A stretch of DNA of 63,893 nucleotides, counting the filler, from Hyphochytrium catenoides (Eukaryota; Protista; Hyphochytriomycota): the NCBI GenBank assembly GCA_900088475.1. It is 12 parts of 12 records of this genome, joined end to end, with 100 filler letters (N's around TTAATTAATTAA, not from the genome) between each part and the next. Parts side by side here need not be neighbours in the genome. Positions count along the whole stretch, not along the records: positions 42,875 to 52,437 come from FLMG01000023.1; positions 52,538 to 60,986 come from FLMG01000548.1; positions 61,087 to 62,646 come from FLMG01000142.1; 9 more parts are not named here. The stretch is one strand, 5' to 3'. The position numbers and the translations under genes are program-made. Shown one piece after another: positions 51,613 to 62,746 of this stretch; positions within the stretch are counted from its first letter, which is position 1; every line of letters starts with the position of its first letter. A model generated the notes under the pieces. The model saw only the letters and a list, made by a program, of their open reading frames with translations, ran no database searches and was not told where the DNA came from.

Positions 51613-51853
51613 CCTCTCTGTCCTCTCTCGCTCTTTCTCTCTCTCTCCCTCTGTCCTCTCTTTTCCTCTTTCCTTCCTTTCTCTTTCCTACCTGATGCCT
51701 GTGAGAAGAATGAGAGAGAGAAGCGCGTGGGTTGTGCTCTTCGCGGAAGAGTAAGAGATTTTCTCTCTCTTGACTCTCTGTCTATAGAGATCCAGATATA
51801 CAGCCAGAGCCATCACACAACTTGTCAGGAACACAGACAGAGTGATAAAGGGC
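50967..51853 (-). CDS. TMEM128-like membrane protein, partial (two exons, runs into an N gap)
   Basis: Exons 51853-51692 and 51100-50967 join as PFITLSVFLTSCVMALAVYLDLYRQRVKREKISYSSAKSTTHALLSLILLTGIS|LHIGLWPVWGWLTPFIMLMW; the LWPVW..LTP motif is typical. Confidence 0.6.
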
Positions 51854-52067
51854 CTAATGATGCAAGGCAGAGAGAGAGAGAGAGAGAATGAGAGAGAGAA
51901 GGAAGAGAAAGAGAGAGTCAGAGATTGACAAAGACCGCAGAAAAGAAAAAAGAGAGAAACATAGAATCACATAGAGGTACAGACCACAGACAGAAAGAGA
52001 CGAGTAAAGAGAGACAACGAGAGAGAGAAAAAAGGAGAGGGTGCAGAGAAGAAAGGACGGCGGGAGC

Positions 52068-52109
<42 letters not shown>

Positions 52110-52405
52110 GGAAAGGATTCAGAAAAGGAGAGAGAGTTAGAGAGAGACGAGAGAATGGATAGGGTGAGTTAAGAGAGGGAGGACAGGGGCAGAGAATGAA
52201 CTGTGAGCCAGAGAGACCTGAAAACCTTAAGGGCAATCCATGAGAGAGAGAGAAGGAGAGACATAGCAGGGAGAGAGAGAGAAAAGGAGTCCAGGAGGAA
52301 GTGCAGCAGTGAGATGAGGAGAGAGTCTGCCAGAGAGAAACGTCCTAGAAAGAAACGAGACAACAAAAGAAAGAGAAATCGAGAAAGCCGGAGACAGAAA
52401 AAGAC

Positions 52406-52437
<32 letters not shown>

Positions 52438-52537
52438 NNNNNNNNNNNNNNNNNNNNNNNNNNNNNNNNNNNNNNNNNNNNTTAATTAATTAANNNNNNN
52501 NNNNNNNNNNNNNNNNNNNNNNNNNNNNNNNNNNNNN

Positions 52538-53265
52538 ACTCTCATCTAATGACATTGTCCAATCATCCCATATAATCCAACACAAGATGACTGCCGACAT
52601 TCTCACGAAGGCGTTACCAGCACCTCAGTTGTTCCGAGAACTTCTTCCGCAACTCGGGATTGTCCCGTCCACTTCCGTCGTAAGACAAAGTCTATTTTCC
52701 TGGGAGGACAGAACGGAGACCGACGGACACTACTCAGGAAGTCTGGACCTGCGGGGAGGCGGTGTTGAGAGCAGAAGCTGACAACAAAAGCTCTAATAGG
52801 CCCACAGTTTCCAGACCCTATCTGACGAGAGGAAGAAGGCCACAAAACAAAGCAAGTGTTTCAGAGTCATGATAACTAGGTTATCAATAGCTTTAGGCTT
52901 CGCCTAGGGCTCGCCCGACGTTATTAGTGCGTAATGCAGCCTTCGGCTGTATTATTAGTGGAAGATGCTTGGATCACTGATTTAGTTGTACAAATCATAA
53001 CACCAAGAACTCTTCATTCCTTCTACATGTAGAACTAGAACTGAGAACTAGTTCTATCTGTATTTCCTAGGTAGATTCTCTAAAGGATCTCCCTACTCGT
53101 TCACCCACGCTTCGTACAGCAGAGTAGTGAGTGAGTGAATGGCGAAACTATCTCAACTCTTGACTGCTGCAGGAGTCGCGTGACATGTCACCTCCACCCT
53201 CAGCTCCTACAGCTAAAAATACAGGACTGTAGGTGATGGGTCTCAGGTAAAATGAGGGTACAACA
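52538..53265 (+). mobile_element. 3' end of a Ty1/copia LTR retrotransposon (RNase H tail, polypurine tract, 3' LTR)
   Basis: MTADILTKALPAPQLFRELLPQLGI is a copia RNase H terminus; purine tract GCGGGGAGGCGG lies immediately before TGTTG at 52763; matching CAACA ends at 53265, giving an LTR of about 503 bp. Confidence 0.88.
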
Positions 53266-55365
53266 TTCGCGTGGACGCACGCGATGTGTCTCGGTTTATG
53301 GTGATACGTCTCGCGTTACAAATTCGAGTTATGTTCATAAAAGCCCTTTCGCTTCTTCTCTGACCCTTTTCATATCACCAACGTGCACCAAGAGTCAACC
53401 CAAAGAAAAGGCCCAAACAGTGATTAATGAAAAACCGAATAGTGAAATTTTGATCACAAACACACACACACACACACACAGAGACAGACACACAGGCAAC
53501 ACGAAAAAGTCCATTTGTGTTGAAGCCCCTGTGGGTTGAAATTGAGGCTCGCCCTTCGGGCTCGCAATTATCATTAGGTAAGTCATCATGTGGCATCAAG
53601 AAGTAGAAACTGAGTCTTGTAGTTTATACGAGACACAATTACTCTCCAGAACAAGTAGACAACGTGATAACTAGGAAACAAGGTCCCATAAGCCCTTTAT
53701 ACTCACTCTGAGCATATCAGTAGACCACATAACCTAAATAAGAGTGTCTTCAAAATCCAATACATTATAACAAGTAGTAGTCGATGCCTGACGAGGAGGG
53801 AGCCCAGCAACTAATTGCTCAACGATGAAGTTTGATCTACCCTACTGCTGGAGCACTGTAATCGGTACGACGAGAGTTGCTGTAGGGATTGCTAACGATG
53901 ACCTCTGTGGTGGTGCCCGAGTAGCAGTATCTAGGTGGTTGGGTTGATACAAGAACTCCTTCCTCCTCGAGTTAATATGATGGATGTTTGGAAAAACGGA
54001 GCCTACTTCTACAAGTCAAGAGGCTTCTTTTCTCTTCTTCCATTACTACTACCACCTGTGGCCCTTGCACCACAGAAGATGTTGAAAATTGAGTGAGATG
54101 GACTTCCGCTGGTACGGGTCTTTATTCTCTTATATTTGGTGGTGAACATGGCTAGGTCCCTATTCCTCCGGCGACAAAAAATTCGCTTCGTACTACGATT
54201 TGCTATCATTCTAAACGATGGCCCCTGCCACGATGGTGGAGGAGAATGCGTATAAATCTTTTTCCTCCTCCAACAAAGAGCGGAGAGCGGTGTGATATTA
54301 TGTATACTCACCGCAGCAGTATGATCAATACTTTCGACTGACTTACGAGGTCGGCTGCGTCTTACTGCCTCTTGTAGAAGCCCCTCTCTCCTCTGTCTCT
54401 CTCTTTATCCTCGAGAAAGGTCTACTATTTTTTCTCTCTCTCCCTCTATCTGCTGCTCTCAGAGGCTGATGCCGTCTTGTTCAGATACGGATATTTCCTC
54501 AGCGCAGCTCCAACTACAAGAAAGAGCGCACTCTCACGGTCCCCTTCAGAAACCTCTACTTTGTGAAACCTTGTCGAAGCTGGGGCCTGGCGGCCAACCG
54601 AACCGAAGACTCTGCTAACCCTGCTCAGCTTCTTTATTACTATATAGTAGCATCGACAAATCCGCGAACAACTCGTCAGAAAGAGCGCCATTAGCCGCCA
54701 AAGGTTAAGCCAGGGGGAGACACTGCTTACGTGCCTTATCACGCTGCTCGACCCAGGCATACCTCCTTCTTCTTAGCTGCAGTCATCGGGGGACTAAAGG
54801 ACATTCCGAGCTCGTGAAGAACTATCAGCACATGAGCTCTTCCAAGTTAACCAGAACCAGCAGCATGAGGGAACAGCATTCAAGTGCCAATAGCGCAGAC
54901 CTTTCTCATGCACTTACAAAAAGCAGGCGGCTGTCGGACGCCGCCGGTATCAAGTGCGGAGAAAAATAACGGAGGGGAGAAGAGGGCTGACCAAGAAGTA
55001 TGTGGTGAATGCAGTCATGAGGCCCGATCCACGCCAGTGGAGGCAGTCACTTTTGTTAATGCCTGCCGAGGAAAGTCAGAAATGGGAAGAAGAGCTGGAT
55101 GGGGAGGCTGCGCTTCAAAAACAAGGTTCAATTGGACTAGGAAATCTGTAGAGAGAAAAAGGAGTAGAGAACAAACTCCTTGACCCTCGCTCACAGGGCT
55201 TCAGTAAGTTTGTGCATCAACCGAGTACCATGGGAAACAAAGACGACAGAACGACGGTGGAAGTGAAAGAAGAATAATAGGAAGAACGAACGAAAGAGAG
55301 AAAAGAGGATTGATGGGAGAGCGATAATAGTGCAACAAATCCAGAGTATGCTCACTGGAAAACGA

Positions 55366-55806
55366 TCAGCGAGACAACGGGAATGGAGAAGGATGTTGAG
55401 CACAATGTGGATATACTTCTTCAATCAAAGGAAAGGTGTAGAACTGTATGTAAGGAACGAGAGATAGAAGAAGATAGATCCATGTAAGTAAGGGAGACCT
55501 GACTGTTTCGAGACCCATGAAGCCACCAAGGAAAAGGATGATGACAGACAGTGAGAGAAAGGTGTAAGGCAACGTTGTCCCTCATGCCTCCTACTTCTAA
55601 CACTTTCTTCGTTGTTCGTGGAGCTCCGCCTCTGGCTATGGACGCGAGGTCTGGCTGCTAGGCTAAAGATCCATTTCGAAGGAAGTGACTTCCTCAAAGT
55701 CGTCGTCAGCAGCAGAATAGGGGGAGAGCAGGCTTAAGGTAGGGCTGCTAGTAGGGATGAAGGCCAGAGCCTCAAGAAGTAGAACGGACAGCAGCAGGCG
55801 CTTCAT
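55366..55806 (-). pseudogene. Decayed gene for a signal-peptide-bearing membrane protein
   Basis: MKRLLLSVLLLEALAFIPTSSPTLSLLSPYSAADDDFEEVTSFEMDL*PSSQTSRP*PEAELHEQRRKC*K*EA*GTTLPYTFLSLSVIILFLGGFMG: four TAG and one TGA, no frameshift. Confidence 0.6.
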
Positions 55807-57120
55807 AATGTCTTTGCAGGACGGCCTAGACCTCCAACATCCTGTCGTATAATATCAATTCCCAGGCGGGCTTTGGTGTGGCGTGTACGCCTCCACGCGT
55901 AGGAGGAGCTTGCTTCGCTCTGTTTCATTCAACTAAGGACACGATGGAGGGATAATAAGCGTCCCTGAAGTGACCCTTCCTTTTATCCTCATCATTACTC
56001 CAGCGACAAGCGACTCCAGGCCATCTTCTTCATCAAACTTATCATAACACCCCGCCCGCAGCTTTCCCCTACTACCGCCATCGATAAAAATAGGAAGGAC
56101 GACTCGACCTGTCCATGACTATAGCGCTGAATGAAGCTGTTGAGGCAGTTAACAGTGATAGCCAATCTGTGGTCCGACCAGCCAGCAGCGCCAACTAGGA
56201 GGAGGTGATGAGGGAGAGACAAGTGAGAGAGAGACAGCACCAGGAAGCCAGGAGAATATCGCGTGACTATACTTACTATCGAGCGACCTTTAGAAAAAAG
56301 AACAAAGAAGAGAGAGGAGGTAATGGTTTGTTTCGAAAGAACGGGGCAGTGCCCTATCTTGATCCATTATAGTAAGAAAGGAATAATAAAGAAAGGAATC
56401 GCGAAGGAGAATGAGGAGGCACTAGAGGAAGATGGGGGATCCTTGAAGAAAGATCCACCCGTGGAATGTGACAAGACACCACTTAGCAAGAGATGGAGCA
56501 GTAGAATGTAGACTGACTGATAAGGAAGGAAGAGAAGGGAAGGAGGAGAGGGCGAGGAGGAGGGTGCTGTTAATGCTGATGTGGAGAGAAGAGGCATTGA
56601 CAAGTAGAAGAGTACGGAATAGAAGAAGTTCATTGAAGTGTAAGAAAACGAAGTAGGCAGGCCAGAGGCCGATAATAACAATGAATGTTAAGGAAGATCG
56701 TTGTTTACTGCTTGCTATCTATGCTGATGAGAAGAAGGATGATTCAGGAAGGTAGAGGAAGGAGAAGAAGAGAGAATCAACGAGGAGGAACTTTATCAAG
56801 TGCAGCGCAGAGACTACCACCTACTGTTGCTGGCCAGTGCCGCGCACACCAGAACAAGAAGAAGTGCTGCCCTCTACTGGAAGAAGGCCAATAGCAGGAC
56901 GTGTAGAAAGAAGAGAATATGAGGGGTAAGAAGAAGAAAGGGAGTGAAGAAATGAGAGGGCCGATGGGAGGAGGTTGGCAGCACGCAAGCAGCTGAAGAG
57001 AAGGCCTACATACTTACATCACAATAGTTAATAGTAGTAGTGTGAGCGTTGATGAGAAGAGGAGCGGAGGAGGAGAGTAATAGGAGAAAGAAGATGGAAG
57101 CAGTGTCAGCAATCTTATCT

Positions 57121-57480
57121 GCTAGCCTTCACAATCGACCGGGCCGCCTTAATGCTGCCCGCCCTCCTGCTACTGCTGCTTCTGGTGGTCATAAGTGCTC
57201 TGCCTGCTGCCTAAGTAAATGATGATGACGCCTCCACACCTCCTAGTACTACCGCTACTGCCACTAGCTGCGGCTGCTGCTCCGTATCCCTGCTGGTGCT
57301 CTCACTCTTTCTGGCTATACTCGTACCTGTTCTGCTTTTGCTCCTTCTGCTAATGCTATGGCAAGGTTCTACTACTAGGGAGGTCTATGCATCCTGCTGC
57401 AGGGCTGCAGGCTTTCTTCTCTCGTTGTGGTGTACCTCCTGTCCTGCTGCGGCTGCGGCTTGGATGATGCCTCATAAAGA
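57121..57480 (-). pseudogene. Decayed Gln-rich reading frame
   Basis: LYEASSKPQPQQDRR..HRPP***NLAIALAEGAKAEQVRV*PERVR..SRS*WQ*R*Y*EVWRRHHHLLRQQAEHL*PP; TAG codons sit among surviving CAG codons. Confidence 0.55.
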
Positions 57481-57806
57481 CTGAAAGTAAGCACAAAGGA
57501 AGCGAAGCCGAGGAGGATATCGATAACTGAAGGACAGGGAAGCTCTGATTCCGATTCTTTTTACAGACTTTTGAACAAAGATAACAAAACTCCGACATTA
57601 TAGTTAGGCTTACTTGATGTATTCCCCTACACTCCGGCTGAAGCCCTGAAAAAGACATAGTAAAATGAGTAACAGGTTAGCGGACTGAGTGCCGCTGGCA
57701 GAAGGCGGAGAGTGCCGCCCCAGCGCCATTTTTCACTTGTTGACAGTAAATTATCACGCCTCCGCGGGCTCCCCGCACCGCAGTGAGTTTCAAATTTTCA
57801 AGCCTG

Positions 57807-57842
<36 letters not shown>

Positions 57843-58065
57843 TAGAAGCAGCAGCAGCAGCAGCAGCTTCTCAATCATCAAAGGGCACTCCATCGTCCTC
57901 CGCCTTCTTCTAACGCAAGAAGCTTCAAACCGCGAGCCCAGACGGCCCATCCCGTAGGAGACGGGCAGGGATTCAACGCGGAAGGGACAAAGAGCGAAAC
58001 ACGAAGAATAGGCCTGAGAAGAGACCAGAGTGCGCAGTCCTCCTTTAAATTACTCAGTGACCAGG

Positions 58066-59268
58066 ATGGTTCGGAAGAAGAGCTGGGTCTGGATCCACTA
58101 CAAGGAGGAGATCGTCACCACCGCGGGCAACAAGCGAGCCGTGCGGGGCCGCTGCAACTACTGCGGCTGGAGAGGCACCAACAGTGCTGACAGACTGCTC
58201 GAGCACCTCGCCGCCCGCTGCAGCGCGGCACCTATGGATGTGAAAGATGCAGCAAAGAGGAGAAGACGCGTCCGCCCGCCACCTGAGGAAGGAGAGGCCT
58301 TGGCCATGGCAGCGGGAAGCAGTAACAAGCGGGGCCGCGCGGCAGGTGCTGCAGTGAGCGGCGATGAGGGGCTGAGTGGCGGCGTCCAGTACTCGCTTCT
58401 CCCTGCGCAGGAGGTGGAGCGGCTGCAGGAGATGTTCGCGACGGCGATCTACTACTCTGCTCTCCCTCTCGGCGCCTTCGACTCGCAGCCGTGGAGAGAT
58501 TTCTTCCGCCGCCTCTCGCCGGACTTCCAGCTTCCAGGGAAGTGGAAGCTCTCAACAACGCTATTGGACCGCGAGTACCAGCGAGTGAGAGCAGCAGTGG
58601 AGGCGCGAGTGCGACTGGATGATCTGGAGCTTCAGCCCGCGGCACAATACTTAGCGGAGCTGCTGGACCCGCGGCAGTGCGGGAGCCGCCTGTCAATCCA
58701 ACAGATGAACGAGGCGACGGAGCACATTAAGACCATTGTCCCTGCCGCCGATGAGATCCAAGCTGTGAACGCCTCTCTCTCCCGGTACCTGGGCCGCAGC
58801 GGCGAGTTTGGGATGAAGATTGTCTGGGAGAGACTGGAGCTTCAGAGCACGATGACGGCGCGGGACTGGTGGGCCGACCTCCCGCCGCAGGTGGCGGAGA
58901 GAGCACGGGCGCTGCAGGGCCTGGCACTGCGGGTGCTGGGTGTGGAGCCTGGGCTTGGCAGCGCTGCGGAGGATCTGAGCGGAGAGAGCTCGGTGCTGAA
59001 GCTTCACTATGTGACTCGCCACCTCCGGCTCATGGGCAGCTCTGCGCGGGAGCCAGAGAGTGCCGGGAGAGAGAGAGGAGAGAGAGAGGGAGAGAGAGGA
59101 CGGCGAGGAAGAGGAAAAAAGACCAAGGGGGAGAGCAAGGGGGAGATAGCGGCCGAGGAGAGAGATGAAGTGGATGGAGAGGAAGGCGGAGAGAGGAAGG
59201 TTGGCGAGCAGCAGGAGGCAGATCGATCGCGAGAGGAAGAGCACAACGTGACACAGCAGGATGTCTAA
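58066..59268 (+). CDS. hAT-transposase-derived BED zinc-finger protein lacking the catalytic RNase H core (candidate domesticated ZBED-like gene)
   Basis: KSWVWIHY..RGRCNYCGW..RLLEHLAARC (BED finger); FATAIYYSALPLGAFDSQPWRDFFRRLSPDFQLPGKWKLSTTLLDREY (hAT N-terminal helical region) is joined almost directly to AQYLAELLDPRQCG and ARDWW..LQGLALRVL (hAT C-terminal region). Confidence 0.8.
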   Translation: MVRKKSWVWIHYKEEIVTTAGNKRAVRGRCNYCGWRGTNSADRLLEHLAARCSAAPMDVKDAAKRRRRVRPPPEEGEALAMAAGSSNKRGRAAGAAVSGDEGLSGGVQYSLLPAQEVERLQEMFATAIYYSALPLGAFDSQPWRDFFRRLSPDFQLPGKWKLSTTLLDREYQRVRAAVEARVRLDDLELQPAAQYLAELLDPRQCGSRLSIQQMNEATEHIKTIVPAADEIQAVNASLSRYLGRSGEFGMKIVWERLELQSTMTARDWWADLPPQVAERARALQGLALRVLGVEPGLGSAAEDLSGESSVLKLHYVTRHLRLMGSSAREPESAGRERGEREGERGRRGRGKKTKGESKGEIAAEERDEVDGEEGGERKVGEQQEADRSREEEHNVTQQDV

Positions 59269-59679
59269 CAGCGAGGGCGGAGCCAAGAAAGATGAGAGAG
59301 AGAGGCAGAGAGAGAGAGGAGAAGAGAGAGCTTGAGGCGAGGAGGGAGAAGATATAAGAGGAAAAGAGAGAGAGAAAAGGAGATTTGGTTCACATCTCCT
59401 ACATATGGGCCAAGAGTGTTCCCGATGTCTCCTAAGAGGAGGAGAGGGAAGAGACAAGGGAAGGCTTGGTGGCGGACAGTTCCCCGGAGAGATTGGCCGA
59501 CTCCTCTGACATTTTGCTAACTTCTGTGCTAATAAGAGACCTACAGCTTTCTTTCAACAGCACCACATTGTTACTCTCTCAGTGTTACTCTATTGCTTCA
59601 TCCTTGTCTCTCTCTCTCCGCTCCGTGTCTCTCTCTCTCTCTTTCTGACTGTCCGACTGTCTCTCTCACTCTCTCTCTT

Positions 59680-59714
<35 letters not shown>

Positions 59715-59751
59715 TTTTCTCTCTCTCTCTCTTTCTCTCTCTCTCTCACTT

Positions 59752-59783
<32 letters not shown>

Positions 59784-60374
59784 CCTTTCTCTCTCTCTCG
59801 GTCTTTCTCTCTCTCTCTCCTCTCTTGTCTTTCTCTTGGCCACGCTCCTTCTTTTGGACTGTCCTTCTTCCTCCTACTACTGCTGCCGCCGGTTGCAGGT
59901 ATGTTTCCTTCCACTGTCGGCGGGCTGACTTTCCTAGGAAGGCTCTCCCCGCTTTTGGAGGTCAAAGCTCTCTTTTCCCAAGTCGAAGCAACGGAAGAGG
60001 GAGAGAGGAAGAGGAGAAAGGAGAGAGAGAGAAACGTCCATTAATTGCTTCACTTAAAGGCCAGGGAATCAAATCACTGAAAGTGTCTCGCTAGCTTCTC
60101 TCTCTCTCTTGTCGTCTCTCTTTCCTTCCTCGCTCTCTGTGTCTCTCTCCTTGTGTAGGTCTCTCGTTTGGTCTCTCTCTCCCTGCTCCAAGTCTGTTGA
60201 CTGAGGCAGGCGATAGAAGTTTAGCTCCCGCTAAGAGGCACTGCTGATGAGGAATAGCGCTTGAGGACAACCCGACCGGCCAGACAGAGACAGTCAGAGG
60301 TTCCATATAGATTTCACTGTAAACAAAGGGGCCAGAAGGGAAGACTTCGGAAGAGCAAGGGAGAGAGAGACTAC

Positions 60375-60428
<54 letters not shown>

Positions 60429-60598
60429 CTGCGAGGCTGAGGGGAGGAGGAGAGGAAGGAACAGCTGGCTTTCGCTGGGCTTGGTTCCTTGGTTTCAGCG
60501 TCGCTCAGCCTGCTGCAGCTCCTGCTGCCCCGCGGGAGCGGGTAACGGACAGCTGGGGAGGTAATTTGGCGCCAACCCGCCAAGCCCAAGTCCAAGCG

Positions 60599-60639
<41 letters not shown>

Positions 60640-61178
60640 TTCTGTCTTTTTCTCTCTCTCTCTCTTTCTCTCTGTCCTCTCTCTGTCTCTGTCTCTCTCT
60701 GTCTCTTCTCTCTCTTTGTCTCCTCGTGTCCGTTCCTAGCGCTTTGTCTTTCGTCTTCCTTTCTGGTCTGGTGGGTCCACTGCTAGCTTCATTGTTCGTT
60801 TATCGGTCAAAGCTGTATATTGGACGGGACCAAGTGATCTCTCTCCGCAGCTTCAGGCCTTGGGGAGAGGAACAGAACATATTTTTGGATTCCTTACAGA
60901 GTGTTCTCTCTCTCTCTCTCTGTCTCTCTCTCAACGGCCAGGCGGCGCATGGGATAGAGCAAAGATTCAAAGAGAGAAAGTGAGCANNNNNNNNNNNNNN
61001 NNNNNNNNNNNNNNNNNNNNNNNNNNNNNNTTAATTAATTAANNNNNNNNNNNNNNNNNNNNNNNNNNNNNNNNNNNNNNNNNNNNAAGAAAGAGAGAGA
61101 GAGAGAGAGAGAAAGAAAAAGAGAGAGAGAGAGAGAGAGAGAGATTAAGAAGGGGTATGGGTTGAGGTTGGGAAAGAA

Positions 61179-61225
<47 letters not shown>

Positions 61226-61461
61226 AAGAAACAGAGAGAGAGATAGCGAGAGAGAGAGAAAAAGAGAGACAGGTTGAGAGAGAGACCTATGATGAGGTGC
61301 CTAAGAGATACGCGGAGGAAGATGTCGCCAGGGAAAGGTCTACACACCACAAGGACAGGGGAGAGCGGGTGCAGGCAGACAGGTAAAACGATAGATCTGC
61401 CAGTGACGCTTGAAGAAGGAGAAAGAGTGCAAGAAAGACGTTAGCGTGAGTGCCATCGTAC

Positions 61462-62148
61462 CGCGGCCATCCAGTCAATCACATGGTCAAACTTCCGTCC
61501 AGACTTTGGGTCATAGATAGAGGAGCCATCAGCCGTGATGTTCCCTTGCCGTGGGGCCCTGTAAGGATGGAAGCTTGTCAGATGGGCTAACGTGGACGTA
61601 GGCGAGAGAGACAGAGACAAGGACCAAGGCGAAAGAGACGGAGACAAAGAGAGAGCGGCGCGTGGCCGAGAATGAAACAGCAAGAGAGGAGAGCAGGGAT
61701 GAGCCAGGTAAGAGAAAGAGGCGCAGCAAAGTCAGCTCACTCGTCATTGGAAGCCTTAGGGCTGAGGTAGAGCACCTTCCCCAGCATCCGGCCGCCCACT
61801 GCCTGGGGAGAACCCAACATCGAGCCTGCTTTAAACGAGTGACTTGCGCTTCGCTTCTGTCGAGCTCAATCTCTCCCTATCTCTTCTTTTCCTTTTCACG
61901 CGCCCTTCAGTCCTGGCTTGGCGCCCGGATCGCCTTACAGAAGAGCTTCAGAGCTGTGCGATATGGACTCGGGTAACCGAGAAAGCTCCCTTAGCAGGGT
62001 TATCGCACTTTCCTCTCTGTATATTGTTTATCAAGCTCTCCCCTCTCTCTTGTCCTCTATCCTGTCTCACTTGCCAGCTCGCTGCCGGTCTTCTTTCTCT
62101 TCAGTTCTTGCTTCTTTTCCCTATGGTCATGCAGGTGTCTGTCTACAG
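61462..62148 (-). CDS. Small spliced gene with a possible RAMA-like domain
   Basis: A plausible splice gives GRMLGKVLYLSPKASND|EAPRQGNITADGSSIYDPKSGRKFDHVIDWMAA; upstream exon phases are ambiguous. Confidence 0.3.
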
Positions 62149-62746
62149 GTGAGAGCTGACAGAGAGAAGAGGATTCTTACCTCATCCTCTTCGTTTCTCA
62201 TGCACCTTGAACTATGCGTCAGCTCCCTCTCTCTCTCTCTCTCTCTCTTTTACTCTCAACTCACTCTCTCTCTCTCTTTCTCACTCTTTCTCTCTCTCTC
62301 TCCCTCTCTCTCGCTCTCTCGCTCGCTCTCTCTCTCTCTGCTCAATGCCGGTTCAGCATCTTTCGCTTCCACAAACTCACACTCCTCATTCTATACAATA
62401 AATGTATGGCTACGTGGCCAAACTCACTTGCTTGTCTTACCTCAACTCAACTGGCCCTGTCTTCCCCCATCCGAACTTGATTAATGATAACTAGTGAAAA
62501 GATTATCCTCATCCTCTCTCTGATTATTTCTACAAAGTTCTAACTGATTCTTTATCTCTCGCGGTTAGCGGCTATGTGGGGAGTGTGGGTGTACGCCGAT
62601 CATCATTTCACATCATCATCGCTGGTTCTCTCTCTCTCTCTCTCTCNNNNNNNNNNNNNNNNNNNNNNNNNNNNNNNNNNNNNNNNNNNNTTAATTAATT
62701 AANNNNNNNNNNNNNNNNNNNNNNNNNNNNNNNNNNNNNNNNNNNN

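Noticed and set aside
52815-52860. Hammerhead ribozyme at CTGACGA in the LTR (also CTGATGA near 35198 and 36530)
   Set aside because: No stem II followed by GAAA and no closing stems.
55366-57480. TAG-to-Gln genetic code reassignment
   Set aside because: The START, TPR, MUS81 and ZZ-PHTF genes end in TAG and have no internal TAG; the decayed frames also contain TAA or TGA.
57660-60986. Complete hAT element around the BED-finger ORF
   Set aside because: No matching terminal inverted repeats or 8-bp target duplication found by eye, and the catalytic core is absent.
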